The notes below the pieces were generated by a model. It was not told the origin of the DNA. It ran no database searches and saw only the letters and a list, made by a program, of their open reading frames with translations. The position numbers were made by a program, and so were the translations under genes. Shown here one piece after another: positions 1 to 10,507 of a stretch of 64,000 nucleotides of DNA (within the stretch, counting starts at the first letter, position 1; every line of letters begins with the position of its first letter). The DNA is from an uncultured delta proteobacterium (GTDB taxonomy: Bacteria > Desulfobacterota > Binatia > Binatales > Binataceae): positions 1 through 64,000 of the forward strand of contig CAWCDG010000010.1 in NCBI GenBank assembly GCA_963794325.1, given 5' to 3'.

Positions 1-31
1 TTAGAGGTTGCGCGTCAACCGAGCGAGTTCG

Positions 32-1321
32 TTAGTTATACGGCCGCGAAACAGGCAATGGCGACTTAAGCTGCGATTCGGATTTTAAACGTTCGCTCGC
101 GGCCTTTCGCGCTTCGGCAACGGCCTCGCGAAGCTTTTTCTCGCGCTCGGCCCAATCGCATAATGGCGTCGCTTGTGCAACTACTCCGGGCGGCGCGGGT
201 AGGCCCGCCTTCGGGTCGATAACCATATCTTCTTGAGCCGCTTCCTTGCCCGGTTCTGCGAGCACCGCCTCTACCTCCGAGCGGATCTTGCTCGAGTAAA
301 CGGCGCCGTTGGTACACGCCTGGTAGATCTTCGGTCCTCCATTCGGGGAGCTGACTTCCCAAAGGCGGCTCCTGCCGAGCGTCTGGCCATCGAGAGACTT
401 CTGAATCACGGTGGTATTGTCCGTGGTCACCTCGACCTGTTCGCAGTGCGAGCCGTCGAGGCAATCCGACGTTCCGTACATCGGCTTGATCGTCATCGAG
501 TGTCCGCTCGCTGCGTGGATGGATACTTTGTCGATCCGCTTTTGGCTCTGGTTTATAAACAAATCAATGGTGGCCGACTTTGCGGCGATCTCAAGGTGAG
601 CGGGAGTTTTCTCGCTCGCCGGATAAAATCTCGCGGCTGTCGTTTTGGGTGCGGGCAGCACAGCGTCGAGGCCGACACGATGACGCCAATTGCAGACCGG
701 CCTGCGATCGTCCTTAGCGTCATCTACGAAATAGACATTCTTATCGCCTTCCAGCGACTGCGGCGGGCGCGTCGTCGGAGCGATGGTCTCTCCTTCAAGC
801 ACGCTCATCAGGGCTGGCAAGTTTGCGCTGCTGTAAATCTTGCCGTCGGTGCATCCTTCAAATGCGATCGTCTTGTGCGAGCGAGTCATGCCAAGAAATT
901 TCGGACCAACTGGTGCGTTCACATCATGTACAACCGCCCACATCTCAGTGTCTGGCCATGGTCGCCAATCTCCGCTCACGATCTGCTCGTCGTAAGCACC
1001 TAACCATTGAGAGTGAATGCTGGTGCATGTCTCGAGTGCGGGACATCCAGGATCAAATGAGTGCGCCGAAAATTCGGTCTTTGAGTCGTCCTCTTTGACC
1101 CTGACCGAATAGGGTTTGTTGAAGTCCGGCCAAGCGCTCAGCGTTCCGCCCTTAAAGGGGACCTCCACGTGGGGCCCGGGTCCAACGAAGAGTCGCCCTT
1201 CGACAGTTCGAATACTGGGGCTCGATGCCGGTGGGGGGGACGATTGTCCGGGTTGGTTTGTCGCGCACGATGCGATCCCAATCGAAGTGATCACAATCAG
1301 GGCGGCGCAGCCACGCTTCAT
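32..1321 (-). CDS. Hypothetical lipoprotein with two tandem Cys-containing domains
   Basis: 429 aa ORF; signal peptide with lipobox-like IAS-C; internal duplication (CTDGKIYSS..PVCNW versus CTNGAVYSS..PLCDW). Confidence 0.7.
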   Translation of the reverse strand: MKRGCAALIVITSIGIASCATNQPGQSSPPPASSPSIRTVEGRLFVGPGPHVEVPFKGGTLSAWPDFNKPYSVRVKEDDSKTEFSAHSFDPGCPALETCTSIHSQWLGAYDEQIVSGDWRPWPDTEMWAVVHDVNAPVGPKFLGMTRSHKTIAFEGCTDGKIYSSANLPALMSVLEGETIAPTTRPPQSLEGDKNVYFVDDAKDDRRPVCNWRHRVGLDAVLPAPKTTAARFYPASEKTPAHLEIAAKSATIDLFINQSQKRIDKVSIHAASGHSMTIKPMYGTSDCLDGSHCEQVEVTTDNTTVIQKSLDGQTLGRSRLWEVSSPNGGPKIYQACTNGAVYSSKIRSEVEAVLAEPGKEAAQEDMVIDPKAGLPAPPGVVAQATPLCDWAEREKKLREAVAEARKAASERLKSESQLKSPLPVSRPYN

Positions 1322-1551
1322 GCGATTTGAGTAGACGTCAGGAGCTCGCGATTAGCACCCGTCACCCAGTACCTCGTCCGGTCGCATGCTTGAAAAGATG
1401 GCCGACCTCGAAATCCTCGAAGTAGTGACCACGCTCGATTTTGCGCACCGCCATATGGGTCAGGCTGCCTTCTTCCGGTTAACGTAGAGTCGCGAAAAAT
1501 CCTGATGCCGAACCCGTTTTTTATGGAATTACCGGATGCGCGTCAATCTAT

Positions 1552-1614
1552 TACTAAGGTGCAGGGTTTAACCCTGCCAAGGAAGCATGAAACCCAGGCG
1601 GGTTTCATTAAAAT
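1552..1614 (+). repeat. Dispersed two-hairpin repeat, family A (divergent copy)
   Basis: GGTGCAGGGTTTAACCCTGCC-AAGGAAGC-ATGAAACCC..GGGTTTCAT matches the copies at 19155 and 31921. Confidence 0.8.
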
Positions 1615-1715
1615 CAAATCAGGCGTTCCCTAACGCCCAGTCGCTTAGTATTGTCAAACCTGCGGCAAAGAGGTAGCTAATTCCGGCGCGCATTGCCGCG
1701 ACCTCGAACCTGTAA

Positions 1716-2969
1716 ATGAGTCAAAAGGAAATCTACGAGATCGGGCAGGTGCCCCCCATCGGGCATGTGCCCAAGCAAATGTACGCGCAGGTGATTCGCG
1801 CGGACCGCTTCGGCGAGCCCAAGCACGCGTTCAAGGTCGAGAAAATCGCGGTGCCGGAAATCCGCGCCGACGAAGTGCTCGTCTACGTCATGGCGGCGGG
1901 CGTCAATTTCAACAACGTGTGGGCGGCGCTCGGCTCTCCGGTTGACGTGATCGGCGCGCGCCAGAAAGCCAAGTACGATCATTCTGATTTTCATATCGGC
2001 GGCAGCGACGCCTCGGGAATCGTCTATGCGACCGGGCACGACGTGCACAACGTCAAGGTCGGCGATCGCGTCGTGATTCATTGCGGCGTCTGGGATCGAC
2101 ATTGCGCGGCCGCCCGCAACGGCGACGATCCGATGTACGATCCGTCGTTCAAAATCTGGGGCTACGAAACCAACTGGGGCAGCTTCGCCCAGTTCGCCCG
2201 CGTGCAGGCGCATCAGTGTATGCCCAAGGCCAGCCACCTGACCTGGGAAGAAGCTGCGGGCCCGACCCTGGTCGGCGCGACCGCGTACCGGATGCTGATG
2301 GGATGGGCGCCGCACGTCGTCCATCGCGGCGACGTCGTGTTGATTTGGGGCGCATCGGGCGGCCTCGGATGCATGGCGATTCAAATCGTCAAGGCTGAAG
2401 GCGGAATTCCAGTGGGCATCGTCGGCGACGATCGCAAAATAGATTTCTGCATGAAGCTCGGCGCCCGCGGATGCATCAATCGGAAAAAATATTTGCACTG
2501 GGGCATGATGCCGCACTGGAAGGAGACCGCGGAGTACAACAAGTGGGCCGCCGAGTGCCGCGCGTTCGGCAAGGCGATTTGGGACATCGTCGGCGAGCGC
2601 AAAAGTCCGCGCATCGTCTTCGAGCATCCCGGCGAAGACACGATTCCGACTTCGGTGTTCGTGTGCGATACCGGCGGGATGGTCGTCATCTGCGCGGGCA
2701 CCACCGGCTACAACGCGGTCGCCGATTTGCGCTACCTGTGGATGCGCCAGAAGCGCCTGCAGGGCTCGCACTTCGCTAACGATGAGCAGGCGTACGCCTT
2801 CAATCAGCTGGTGCTCGACGGCAAGATCGATCCGTGCCTCGCCAAGACGTACTCGTTCGCCGAGATCCCCGAATGCCACCAGGCGATGCACGAAAACCGC
2901 GCCCCCGAGGGCAAAATGGCCGCCCTGGTCGGCGCCCCCAAGCCCGGTCTGAAAGACCTCCCGCTGTAA
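1716..2969 (+). CDS. ccr: Crotonyl-CoA carboxylase/reductase
   Basis: MDR fold with Ccr motifs: [60 protein letters not shown]. Confidence 0.93.
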   Translation: MSQKEIYEIGQVPPIGHVPKQMYAQVIRADRFGEPKHAFKVEKIAVPEIRADEVLVYVMAAGVNFNNVWAALGSPVDVIGARQKAKYDHSDFHIGGSDASGIVYATGHDVHNVKVGDRVVIHCGVWDRHCAAARNGDDPMYDPSFKIWGYETNWGSFAQFARVQAHQCMPKASHLTWEEAAGPTLVGATAYRMLMGWAPHVVHRGDVVLIWGASGGLGCMAIQIVKAEGGIPVGIVGDDRKIDFCMKLGARGCINRKKYLHWGMMPHWKETAEYNKWAAECRAFGKAIWDIVGERKSPRIVFEHPGEDTIPTSVFVCDTGGMVVICAGTTGYNAVADLRYLWMRQKRLQGSHFANDEQAYAFNQLVLDGKIDPCLAKTYSFAEIPECHQAMHENRAPEGKMAALVGAPKPGLKDLPL

Positions 2970-2979
2970 TCGTCAGTGA

Positions 2980-3495
2980 CTAGGTGAGAATCCGCGATAC
3001 GACATACACGTATACTGCGACGGTCGGGTAGAACGTCGTGGCGAAGCCGAACGCGCGCGCCGAGCCTGAAACGTGATACCCAATCCAGAACGTCGCGCGT
3101 CCGATCACGAAGAGCATCACTAGTATCGCAACGGCGCGGATCGAGTCGTCCGGAACCACGACCGCCAGCGCCAGATGCGCGACTACCGCGAGCATCAGTT
3201 GCTCCAAGGTGTTCTGAATATAGCGCAGGTCGATCTCGAGGGACGGCGACGGACCGCCTGCGATCGCGTCGGGGATGAAGAACCGCCGGCTTGCGACCTT
3301 CGCGACACCTGCGAGCAGACATAGCGCCGCGAAAACCTCGCACTTGAGCGCGTACTCGAGGCGTAAATAGACGTCGATTCCACCCGGCGGCGTCAAGCCG
3401 AAATCCGTCAGCCGAAACACGACCTCGAAGAACGCCACACTGAACACGGTCGCTGCGATCGCTCCGGCGACCACTTTTCTCTGATCGTTCGACAT
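2980..3495 (-). CDS. MAPEG family membrane protein
   Basis: Several TM segments; QNTLEQ and FVIGRATFWIGY motifs; start placed after GGAGG. Confidence 0.75.
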   Translation of the reverse strand: MSNDQRKVVAGAIAATVFSVAFFEVVFRLTDFGLTPPGGIDVYLRLEYALKCEVFAALCLLAGVAKVASRRFFIPDAIAGGPSPSLEIDLRYIQNTLEQLMLAVVAHLALAVVVPDDSIRAVAILVMLFVIGRATFWIGYHVSGSARAFGFATTFYPTVAVYVYVVSRILT

Positions 3496-3549
3496 ATCGC
3501 CTCCGCGGTTCACGCTGGTTATTCATCTGAATTACAATCATCGTCGATC

Positions 3550-6414
3550 ATGACCTCAATTGCAGCGCTCGAATCTCAGCTACGCGCCACTATCGAAGGC
3601 GAAGTGCGCTTCGACGCTGGCACTCGCGCGGCCTACGCCACCGACGCTTCGAACTATCGGCAAGTGCCGGTCGCCGTCGTCATTCCTCGACACGAGGGCG
3701 ACGTGATAGCGGCGCTTTCGCTCGCTTGCGAAAACTCGATGCCGATTCTGGCGCGTGGCGGCGGCACCAGCCTCGCGGGTCAGGCGTGCAACAGTGCGCT
3801 GGTGCTCGATTTCTCGAAGTACATGAATCGTGTAATCGCGATCGACCCAGGCGCGCGTACTGCTCAGGTCGAACCCGGCGTAGTTCAGAGCCATCTCAAC
3901 GCTGCGCTCGCGCCACACGGCCTGTTCTTCGCTCCGGATCCCTCGACCAAAGATCGATGCACCATCGGCGGCATGATCGGCAACAACTCATGCGGTGCGC
4001 ATTCGGCTGCCTATGGCAAGACGGTCGACAATGTCGAGGCGCTCGAGGTCATCCTCTACGACGGCACGCAACTCTCGCTGACCGGCTCAATGGATGATGC
4101 GCAGCTCATCGCGGCAATCGGGCGCGGCGGACGCGAAGGCGAGTTGTACTCGCACATCCGCGAGCTTCGCGATCGTTCGGCAGAATCGGTGCGTGCTCAT
4201 TTCCCAAAACTCCCGCGGCGCGTGTCAGGCTACAACTTCGATCAGCTGATGCCTGAGCCAGGCTTCAACCTCGCAAGATCAATTGTCGGTTCCGAAGGAA
4301 CGCTCGCCACGATTCTCCGCGCAACGATTCGTGCAGTGCCGCGGCCCAATGAAGTCGCGCTGGCGGTGCTCGGCTTCGACGACGTGTTCGTCGCGGCGGA
4401 TCAAACTCCCTGGCTGCTCGAGCATCGCCCCGAAGCGCTCGAGGGCTTCGACCAGAACCTCCCCGAGTTCGCGCGAATCAAGAGGATGCCGGGTGTCCGG
4501 TTTCTGCCCGCCGGTCGGGCGTTTCTGCTCGTCGAGCTCGGCGGCGCGACGCGCGACGAAGCGCGCGAGCGTGCGGATCGCGTGATCGCTCGGGCGCGCG
4601 CGGTTCGCGAATGCACCGGCGTCGCCTGCCTGGCCGACGCGCGGGAACAAGCTGCGGTCTGGCAGATTCGCGAGTCTGGCCTCGGCTCGAGTGCGTTCAT
4701 CCCCGGCCGCCCGCGCACGTGGCCGGGCGCTGAGGACTCCGCAGTGCCGCCCGCGAATCTCGGCGCGTTTCTCCGCGGGTTCGAACGCATCCTGGGCAAC
4801 CGCAAGCTCAAGGTCGCGACATATTACGGACACTTCGGCGAAGGATGCGTTCACGCGCGCGTCAATTTCGATTTGATGACGGCATCCGGAATCCAGACGT
4901 TCCGAGCGGCGATGCTCGATCTCGGCGAACTCGTCGCGGGTCTCGGCGGCTCGCTCTCCGGCGAGCATGGCGACGGGCTGGCGCGCTCCGAATTGCTGCC
5001 ACTGATGTTCCGGCCGGAGTTGATCGAGGCGTTCCGCGATTTCAAACGCATCTTCGATCCCGATTCGATGATGAACCCGGGCGTGATTGTCGCGCCGCAT
5101 CCGCTCGACTCGCATCTGAAGCTGGGCGCGAACTATCGGCCGCGTGAAATCGCGACGCACTTCAACTTCAGTTCGGAGGGCGGGCTGGCGGGCGCGGCGC
5201 TCAAGTGCGTCGGAATCGGGAAATGCCGCAAAACCGAGGCGGGCACGATGTGCCCGTCGTACATGGCGACGCGCGAGGAAGTACATTCGACGCGCGGCCG
5301 CGCTCGCATCCTGTTCGAGGCGCTGACCACCGATCTCCTGCCCGAAGGTTTCTCCGACCCGGCAGTGAAAGATGCGCTCGACCTGTGTCTCTCGTGCAAA
5401 GGATGCAAGGCCGAGTGCCCATCGTCAGTCGATATGGCAGCCTACCGCGCAGAATTTTTCTCGAACTACTATCGAAGCCATCGGCGTCCTCTTTCGTCCG
5501 CATTCTTCGGCAGGTTGAACGAAGTCGCGCGGCTCGCGTCGCATGCGCCGTCGCTCGCCAATGGCCTGGCGCATGCACCACTCATCGGAGACCTTGCAAA
5601 AAAAATGCTCGCGATTCATCCGGATCGCGAACTGCCGCGTTTCGCGCGGCGCACTTTCCGTTCGTGGTTCGATCGCAGGACGGCTCCCAGAGCGAGCGTG
5701 CGCGAAGTCGTCCTTTTCCCCGACACCTTCAACAACTACTTCGAGCCCCAGGTCGCAACCGCCGCGGTCGAAGTCCTCGAGCGCGCCGGCTTCCGCGTGA
5801 TCGTTCCGCGCGGGCAGTTATGCTGCGGCCGCCCGCTCTACGACCAGGGTATGCTGGAGGTTGCAAAGGCTCGCTTGAGCGACGTCATGGACGTGCTCGA
5901 TCCATTCGTCGCGGTCGGGATTCCGATCATCGGGCTCGAGCCGAGTTGTATCCTGACTTTTCGCGACGAGCTGCCTTCGCTCTTCCCGGAAGATCCGCGC
6001 GCGAAGGCGCTCGCGTCGAATTCATTTCTGCTCGAAGAGTTCCTTGCCCGCGAAGCTACGGACTTCGCGCCGCCTCAGTTGCGCAGAAGTATAATCGTGC
6101 AAGGACACTGCCATCAGAAAGCGATCGCGGGAATCGGCGACGAAGTTGCGCTGCTGTCGCGCGCGGCGGGCGCGGAACTCGAAGTTCTCGACGCGGGATG
6201 CTGCGGGATGGCGGGTGCATTCGGCTACGACCGCAATCACTTCGAAGTATCGAAACAGATTGGCTCGCGAGTTTTGTTTCCCGCAATCGACAAGGCGCCC
6301 CCCGACGCGATCATCGTCGCCGACGGGTTCTCGTGCCGCTCGCAGATTCGCCACTTCTGCCCGTCGCGCACGCCGATGCATCTGGCGGAAGTGCTGAATC
6401 TGCGGGTAGGCTAA
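3550..6414 (+). CDS. FAD-linked, Fe-S-containing oxidoreductase (YdiJ / GlcD-GlcF fusion type)
   Basis: YATDASNY, RGGGTSLAGQ, SGEHGDG, CxxCxxCxxxCP and CCG motifs. Confidence 0.9.
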   Translation: MTSIAALESQLRATIEGEVRFDAGTRAAYATDASNYRQVPVAVVIPRHEGDVIAALSLACENSMPILARGGGTSLAGQACNSALVLDFSKYMNRVIAIDPGARTAQVEPGVVQSHLNAALAPHGLFFAPDPSTKDRCTIGGMIGNNSCGAHSAAYGKTVDNVEALEVILYDGTQLSLTGSMDDAQLIAAIGRGGREGELYSHIRELRDRSAESVRAHFPKLPRRVSGYNFDQLMPEPGFNLARSIVGSEGTLATILRATIRAVPRPNEVALAVLGFDDVFVAADQTPWLLEHRPEALEGFDQNLPEFARIKRMPGVRFLPAGRAFLLVELGGATRDEARERADRVIARARAVRECTGVACLADAREQAAVWQIRESGLGSSAFIPGRPRTWPGAEDSAVPPANLGAFLRGFERILGNRKLKVATYYGHFGEGCVHARVNFDLMTASGIQTFRAAMLDLGELVAGLGGSLSGEHGDGLARSELLPLMFRPELIEAFRDFKRIFDPDSMMNPGVIVAPHPLDSHLKLGANYRPREIATHFNFSSEGGLAGAALKCVGIGKCRKTEAGTMCPSYMATREEVHSTRGRARILFEALTTDLLPEGFSDPAVKDALDLCLSCKGCKAECPSSVDMAAYRAEFFSNYYRSHRRPLSSAFFGRLNEVARLASHAPSLANGLAHAPLIGDLAKKMLAIHPDRELPRFARRTFRSWFDRRTAPRASVREVVLFPDTFNNYFEPQVATAAVEVLERAGFRVIVPRGQLCCGRPLYDQGMLEVAKARLSDVMDVLDPFVAVGIPIIGLEPSCILTFRDELPSLFPEDPRAKALASNSFLLEEFLAREATDFAPPQLRRSIIVQGHCHQKAIAGIGDEVALLSRAAGAELEVLDAGCCGMAGAFGYDRNHFEVSKQIGSRVLFPAIDKAPPDAIIVADGFSCRSQIRHFCPSRTPMHLAEVLNLRVG

Positions 6415-6458
6415 CTTCGTCCGGCTGCGCTAGCTTCCTGGAAATGGAGTCTGAAAAA

Positions 6459-7457
6459 ATGCGACTTGGAATCACAATCCCTTTCGAACCGTTTAACGGC
6501 AAATACTTTCCCGAGCTGGTGCGCACCGCCGATCGATGCGGTTACACCGACGCATGGTCGTACGAGTCGTACTCGACCGACGCGTTCTCGCCGATTGCCG
6601 CGGCCGCGATGCTTACCGAGCGGATGCGCTTCGGGTGCGCGATCATCCCGGTATTCACTCGGCCGGCGCCGCTGATCGCGATGTCGGCGGTCACCGTCAA
6701 CGAGCTGGCCGGAGGCCGCTTTATCCTGGGCCTGGGAATATCGACCCCGAACATCGTCGAGCAATGGATGGGCGTCCCGTTTCAGAAGCCGGTCACGCAG
6801 ATGCGCGAGACCGTCGAAGCGCTGCGCGCGATTTTCAAGGGCGAGAAGGTCACGATGGCCGGCGCGAAGGTCAAAATAAACGGCTTCCGCCTCGATTCGG
6901 CGATTACCCATCCGCCGAAAATTTATATCGGTGCGCAGGGCGCCAAGATGCTGCGGCTGGCCGGCGAGCTGGGCGACGGCGTGATCGTCAATTTCATCAC
7001 GCCCGAGACGGTAGCGCCGATGCTCGACAACACGCGCGAGGGCATGCGCGCTGCAGGCAAGGATCCGGCAAGGCTGGACGTGGTGTGCAGAATAATCTGC
7101 GCGGTGGACGAGGACGAAAGCGTCGCACGCACCTTGTTTCGCAGGTCGCTGACGGCCTACGTAACAGTGCCGCAGTACAACAAATTCTTCCGCGAGATCG
7201 GTTACGAGAAGGAAGCGACCATCGCGATCGATTCGTGGAACGCCGGTGACCGTAAGAAAGCGCTCGAGACGATTCCCGACGAGATGGTCGAGAGGATTTT
7301 CGTATTCGGCACGGCCGAGAAATGCCGGCGACGGCTGGACGATTACGCCAAGGCCGGAATCACCACCACCGCCTTGCAATTTTCCTCATTCGCCAGGACC
7401 CCCGAAGAGCGGCGCGCAAAGGTGCTGAAAGCGATCGAACGTCTCGCAGCAGTATGA
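6459..7457 (+). CDS. LLM-class flavin/F420-dependent oxidoreductase
   Basis: Real gene is the 3' part of the 750 aa ORF; start MRLGITIP after GGAG; GGRFILGLG and IYIGAQGAKMLRLAGELGDG motifs. Confidence 0.9.
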   Translation: MRLGITIPFEPFNGKYFPELVRTADRCGYTDAWSYESYSTDAFSPIAAAAMLTERMRFGCAIIPVFTRPAPLIAMSAVTVNELAGGRFILGLGISTPNIVEQWMGVPFQKPVTQMRETVEALRAIFKGEKVTMAGAKVKINGFRLDSAITHPPKIYIGAQGAKMLRLAGELGDGVIVNFITPETVAPMLDNTREGMRAAGKDPARLDVVCRIICAVDEDESVARTLFRRSLTAYVTVPQYNKFFREIGYEKEATIAIDSWNAGDRKKALETIPDEMVERIFVFGTAEKCRRRLDDYAKAGITTTALQFSSFARTPEERRAKVLKAIERLAAV

Positions 7458-7464
7458 AATGAAA

Positions 7465-7493
7465 CGCGCCCCGCCGGGAGGGCACGGGGCGCG
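7465..7493. terminator. Hairpin between convergent genes
   Basis: CGCGCCCCG..CGGGGCGCG stem. Confidence 0.5.
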
Positions 7494-7541
7494 CTTATCG
7501 TCAAGGAACGCGCGCAAGATGCGCGTCCGCTGCTGCACGGA

Positions 7542-8222
7542 TTAGTGGAAATACTGCATCAGAGGCGCGAGCATCGAGCCGTTGCCGTACTGCTGGCCGT
7601 AGCCACCGTTGTACCCGCCGTTGTATCCGCCACCGTTGTATCCTCCGCCGTAAGGCTGGCCGTAGGCAGCCGCTCCACGGTTTCCAACAAGCCCGCCGAG
7701 CAATCCACCGCCGCCGTAGTTGTTGTACGCTGAAGCTCCACGGTATCCACCGAACTGTCCGCGTCCCACCGGCGCGCCTGTCGCGCAACCGCTGTGCATC
7801 GCCCACTGATTCTGACGGAGCACGTCATAGGCTGCGGCTGGATGGCCGGTTGCACGGTCGCGCGCATAGGTCCTCATCACGCGACTCGCTGCCCCGCATC
7901 CGCCTCCACCACCGTAACCAGCCTGGCCACCGCCGTAGTAAGGCGTCGCGACGGGATAGACCGGCGCCGCCACATAAGCCGGCGCACCAACGTAAGCCGG
8001 CGCACCATAGTATCCGCGGTTCCATTTATTCTTGTGCCAGTCGTGACGAGCGAACGCGGCGGGCGCAGGCGCGTACGTGGCGCCGTTGCGGAAATCATGC
8101 CGCGCCACGGCGGCCGGGCCGACATACTGCCCATGCTTGTGGTCCTTGGCAGCCGCCGCGATCGGCGTCGCGAGCATCGCCAGACCAACCAGCACCGTCA
8201 TCAGACCTCGTTTGGAATTCAT
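7542..8222 (-). CDS. Secreted Gly/Tyr-rich low-complexity protein
   Basis: Signal peptide MNSKRGLMTVLVGLAMLATPIAAAA; APAYV and GGYN repeats; small core flanked by two Cys. Confidence 0.75.
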   Translation of the reverse strand: MNSKRGLMTVLVGLAMLATPIAAAAKDHKHGQYVGPAAVARHDFRNGATYAPAPAAFARHDWHKNKWNRGYYGAPAYVGAPAYVAAPVYPVATPYYGGGQAGYGGGGGCGAASRVMRTYARDRATGHPAAAYDVLRQNQWAMHSGCATGAPVGRGQFGGYRGASAYNNYGGGGLLGGLVGNRGAAAYGQPYGGGYNGGGYNGGYNGGYGQQYGNGSMLAPLMQYFH

Positions 8223-8495
8223 TGTTGGGTTACCTCTACCCGGGTAAGAGAGCATTAAGGATGCCACCGCGCTGTTTTTCAAAACCTTCCGCATTGCACC
8301 TCTAGATACGCAATCAGACGAATCAGGTTGCACTAAATTCGAAATAAAAAAACGAAAAACGTCAACGGAGAGAACAGCTTAATGCATGTTCAGGTTTTGG
8401 CGCGGTGGAATAAACGAACGTTCAGACCGGCCGCACTCCGGCGAGCGTTGAGCGGCACGGAAATAAACAAATATTCAGATGCGATCAACCAGGAG

Positions 8496-8774
8496 TCAGA
8501 CGAAAGTGCGGCGCGCGAGGTAGTACATGACCGCGCCCACAATCGCATATGCGGCGATTCCTTCGAGCAGAGTCGCGCCGCTGGTGACGACCGCCACCCC
8601 GACTACCAGGATTGTGCCAAACACGGCGACGATCTGTTCGATGCGCTTCTCGCGCGATCGGACGCGGGCCACATGCTCGCTGATGCGCGCGCCGCAGTTG
8701 GGGCATACTCCGCCGCGCTTGACGACCAGATCGGCGTTGCATTCGGGACATTCTATTTTGGTTCGCAGCGGCAT
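8496..8774 (-). CDS. Small zinc-ribbon membrane protein
   Basis: CPEC..CPNCG followed by two TM helices. Confidence 0.7.
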   Translation of the reverse strand: MPLRTKIECPECNADLVVKRGGVCPNCGARISEHVARVRSREKRIEQIVAVFGTILVVGVAVVTSGATLLEGIAAYAIVGAVMYYLARRTFV

Positions 8775-8942
8775 CGCGGTTATGCCGAAGACGCTACGAG
8801 TTACGGAATTGGCTCGCAAGGGTATCTCCAGGCGGCAGAACCTTTTCCTGTATGCTCGCGCCTGAGACGCTGCTAGTCTGGATGACTGCTTTGGATAAAA
8901 CGGTCATTCGGTCATTTAGCAGCAATCACGGAGGTTACGGTC

Positions 8943-9779
8943 ATGGCAGACAATCAATCGCTCAAGGGGCGCACCGCGCTCGTCACTGGCGCATCGAGCG
9001 GCATCGGACGCGCAATCGCGATTCGGCTCGGCGAGGCCGGTGCGCACGTCTTCCTGGCGGGCCGCAGCGAAGCGGCGCTTAACGAAGGCTGCAAGAGTGT
9101 CGAGAAGGCGGGCGGACGCGCGACCGCGATCGCCTTCGACGCTCGCGACGTGAAGCAGGTGCAGCAGTTGGTGGACAAGGCGGTCAAGGCGACCGGCCGC
9201 CTCGATATCATGGTGAACAACGCGGGCCTCGAATTCCCAAGCTCGATAATCGACGGGGATCCCGAGCGATGGCGCGAGATGCTCGAAGTGAACGTGCTCG
9301 CGCTGCTGGTCGGATCGCAGGCTGCAATCCGCGCGATGCGCGCTTGCGGCGCTGCCGGACACATCGTAAATATCTCGTCGGTGGCCGGGCGCAACGACGC
9401 GTCGGGGGTTTACGGCTCGACCAAGTGGGCAGTGAATTCGATCGCGACGACACTGCGCAAGGAACTGGAGAACGACAAGATACGCGTGGTGAATATCATG
9501 CCGGGCGCAGTCGCCACCAACTTCGCGCGCAACTTCCCGCCTGACTTCGTCAGAGGAATCGTGAGCTCGCTCGGAATCAAAGCGGACATCAAACCTGGCG
9601 GTCAATTGCCGCCGGAGGTACTCGATCAGATCGCGTCGTCGGGCAAGTTGTTCCTCGCGTCGGCCGACGACGTCGCGCGCGCGGTGCTGTTCGCCGTGAC
9701 CCAGCCGATTGAATTGAATATCTTCGAGATGGTGGTGCGGCCGCAGCGGCAACTGCAATTGCAAGGCGTAACAGCGTAG
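8943..9779 (+). CDS. SDR family oxidoreductase
   Basis: TGASSGIG, NNAG, YGSTK. Confidence 0.92.
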   Translation: MADNQSLKGRTALVTGASSGIGRAIAIRLGEAGAHVFLAGRSEAALNEGCKSVEKAGGRATAIAFDARDVKQVQQLVDKAVKATGRLDIMVNNAGLEFPSSIIDGDPERWREMLEVNVLALLVGSQAAIRAMRACGAAGHIVNISSVAGRNDASGVYGSTKWAVNSIATTLRKELENDKIRVVNIMPGAVATNFARNFPPDFVRGIVSSLGIKADIKPGGQLPPEVLDQIASSGKLFLASADDVARAVLFAVTQPIELNIFEMVVRPQRQLQLQGVTA

Positions 9780-9793
9780 CGTCAATCGCCAGG

Positions 9794-10417
9794 ATGAAGA
9801 CTCAACTACGAGGGGCGTCGGAAACCAAGCGCGCTGCGATACTGGACGCGGCAATGAAGCTGTTCAGCCAGTATGGTTACCGGCGCACCTCGATCGACGA
9901 CATCGCGCGCGATGCGGAAATCGCCAAGGGCACCGTGTACCTCAGCTTCAAGAGCAAGGAGGAAATCTTCCGCGCGCTGTGCGAGGCGCTGATCGACCGC
10001 TCGGAGTCGGGGGCGAAACTGGCGTGCGACACGCCTGGGCCAATCGACCAGCGGCTGCTCGCGGTTCTCGAAGCGAAGTTCGGATTCCTGTTCGACACCG
10101 TGCACCGATCGCCGCATGCGGCTGAACTGATCGATTCGAAGAATCGTCTGTCGGCGGACCTGTTCGCGCGGTCGGGACGCCGCTACATGAAAGTGCTCTG
10201 CGAGATGATCGAAGAGGCGACGCATGCTGGAGAACTCGCGCCGTCGCGGATGGGCCTCGATGCGAGCGACCTGGCCGAGTTGCTGGTTGCGGCGGCGCAT
10301 GGAATCGAGCAGAACGCGACGAGTCCCACGCGGTACCATCGCAGGCTCAATGAGATTGTGCGGGTCATAGTAGCGGGCTTGTCGGCGTCGCGAGGGGAAG
10401 CGCGAACGCGGGAATAA
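9794..10417 (+). CDS. TetR/AcrR family regulator
   Basis: N-terminal HTH TSIDDIARDAEIAKGTVYLSFKSKEEIF. Confidence 0.92.
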   Translation: MKTQLRGASETKRAAILDAAMKLFSQYGYRRTSIDDIARDAEIAKGTVYLSFKSKEEIFRALCEALIDRSESGAKLACDTPGPIDQRLLAVLEAKFGFLFDTVHRSPHAAELIDSKNRLSADLFARSGRRYMKVLCEMIEEATHAGELAPSRMGLDASDLAELLVAAAHGIEQNATSPTRYHRRLNEIVRVIVAGLSASRGEARTRE

Positions 10418-10457
10418 GCGATGAGCGCGGGTCGAAGACCGGCGCTCATCGAATGCA

Positions 10458-10494
10458 AAGAGGCGACGGCCGCGTCCCGCGGCTGTCGCCTCTT
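10458..10494. terminator. Bidirectional terminator-like hairpin
   Basis: AAGAGGCGACGGCCGCG..CGCGGCTGTCGCCTCTT between convergent genes. Confidence 0.65.
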
Positions 10495-10507
10495 CTTGTT
10501 CCTGTCC

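Noticed and set aside
9-1546. 10-bp direct repeat TGCGCGTCAA flanking the lipoprotein gene (possible att site or TSD)
   Set aside because: Short, built on a common CGCG core, with no integrase or terminal repeats; compatible with chance
5205-6458. 750-aa ORF suggesting a long N-terminal fusion to the LLM enzyme
   Set aside because: The 5' part is an Arg-rich alternative frame over the FAD oxidoreductase; the true start with RBS is at 6459
7590-7650. Tandem CCGCCGTTGTA-like repeats
   Set aside because: Coding GGYN repeats, not CRISPR or an independent VNTR
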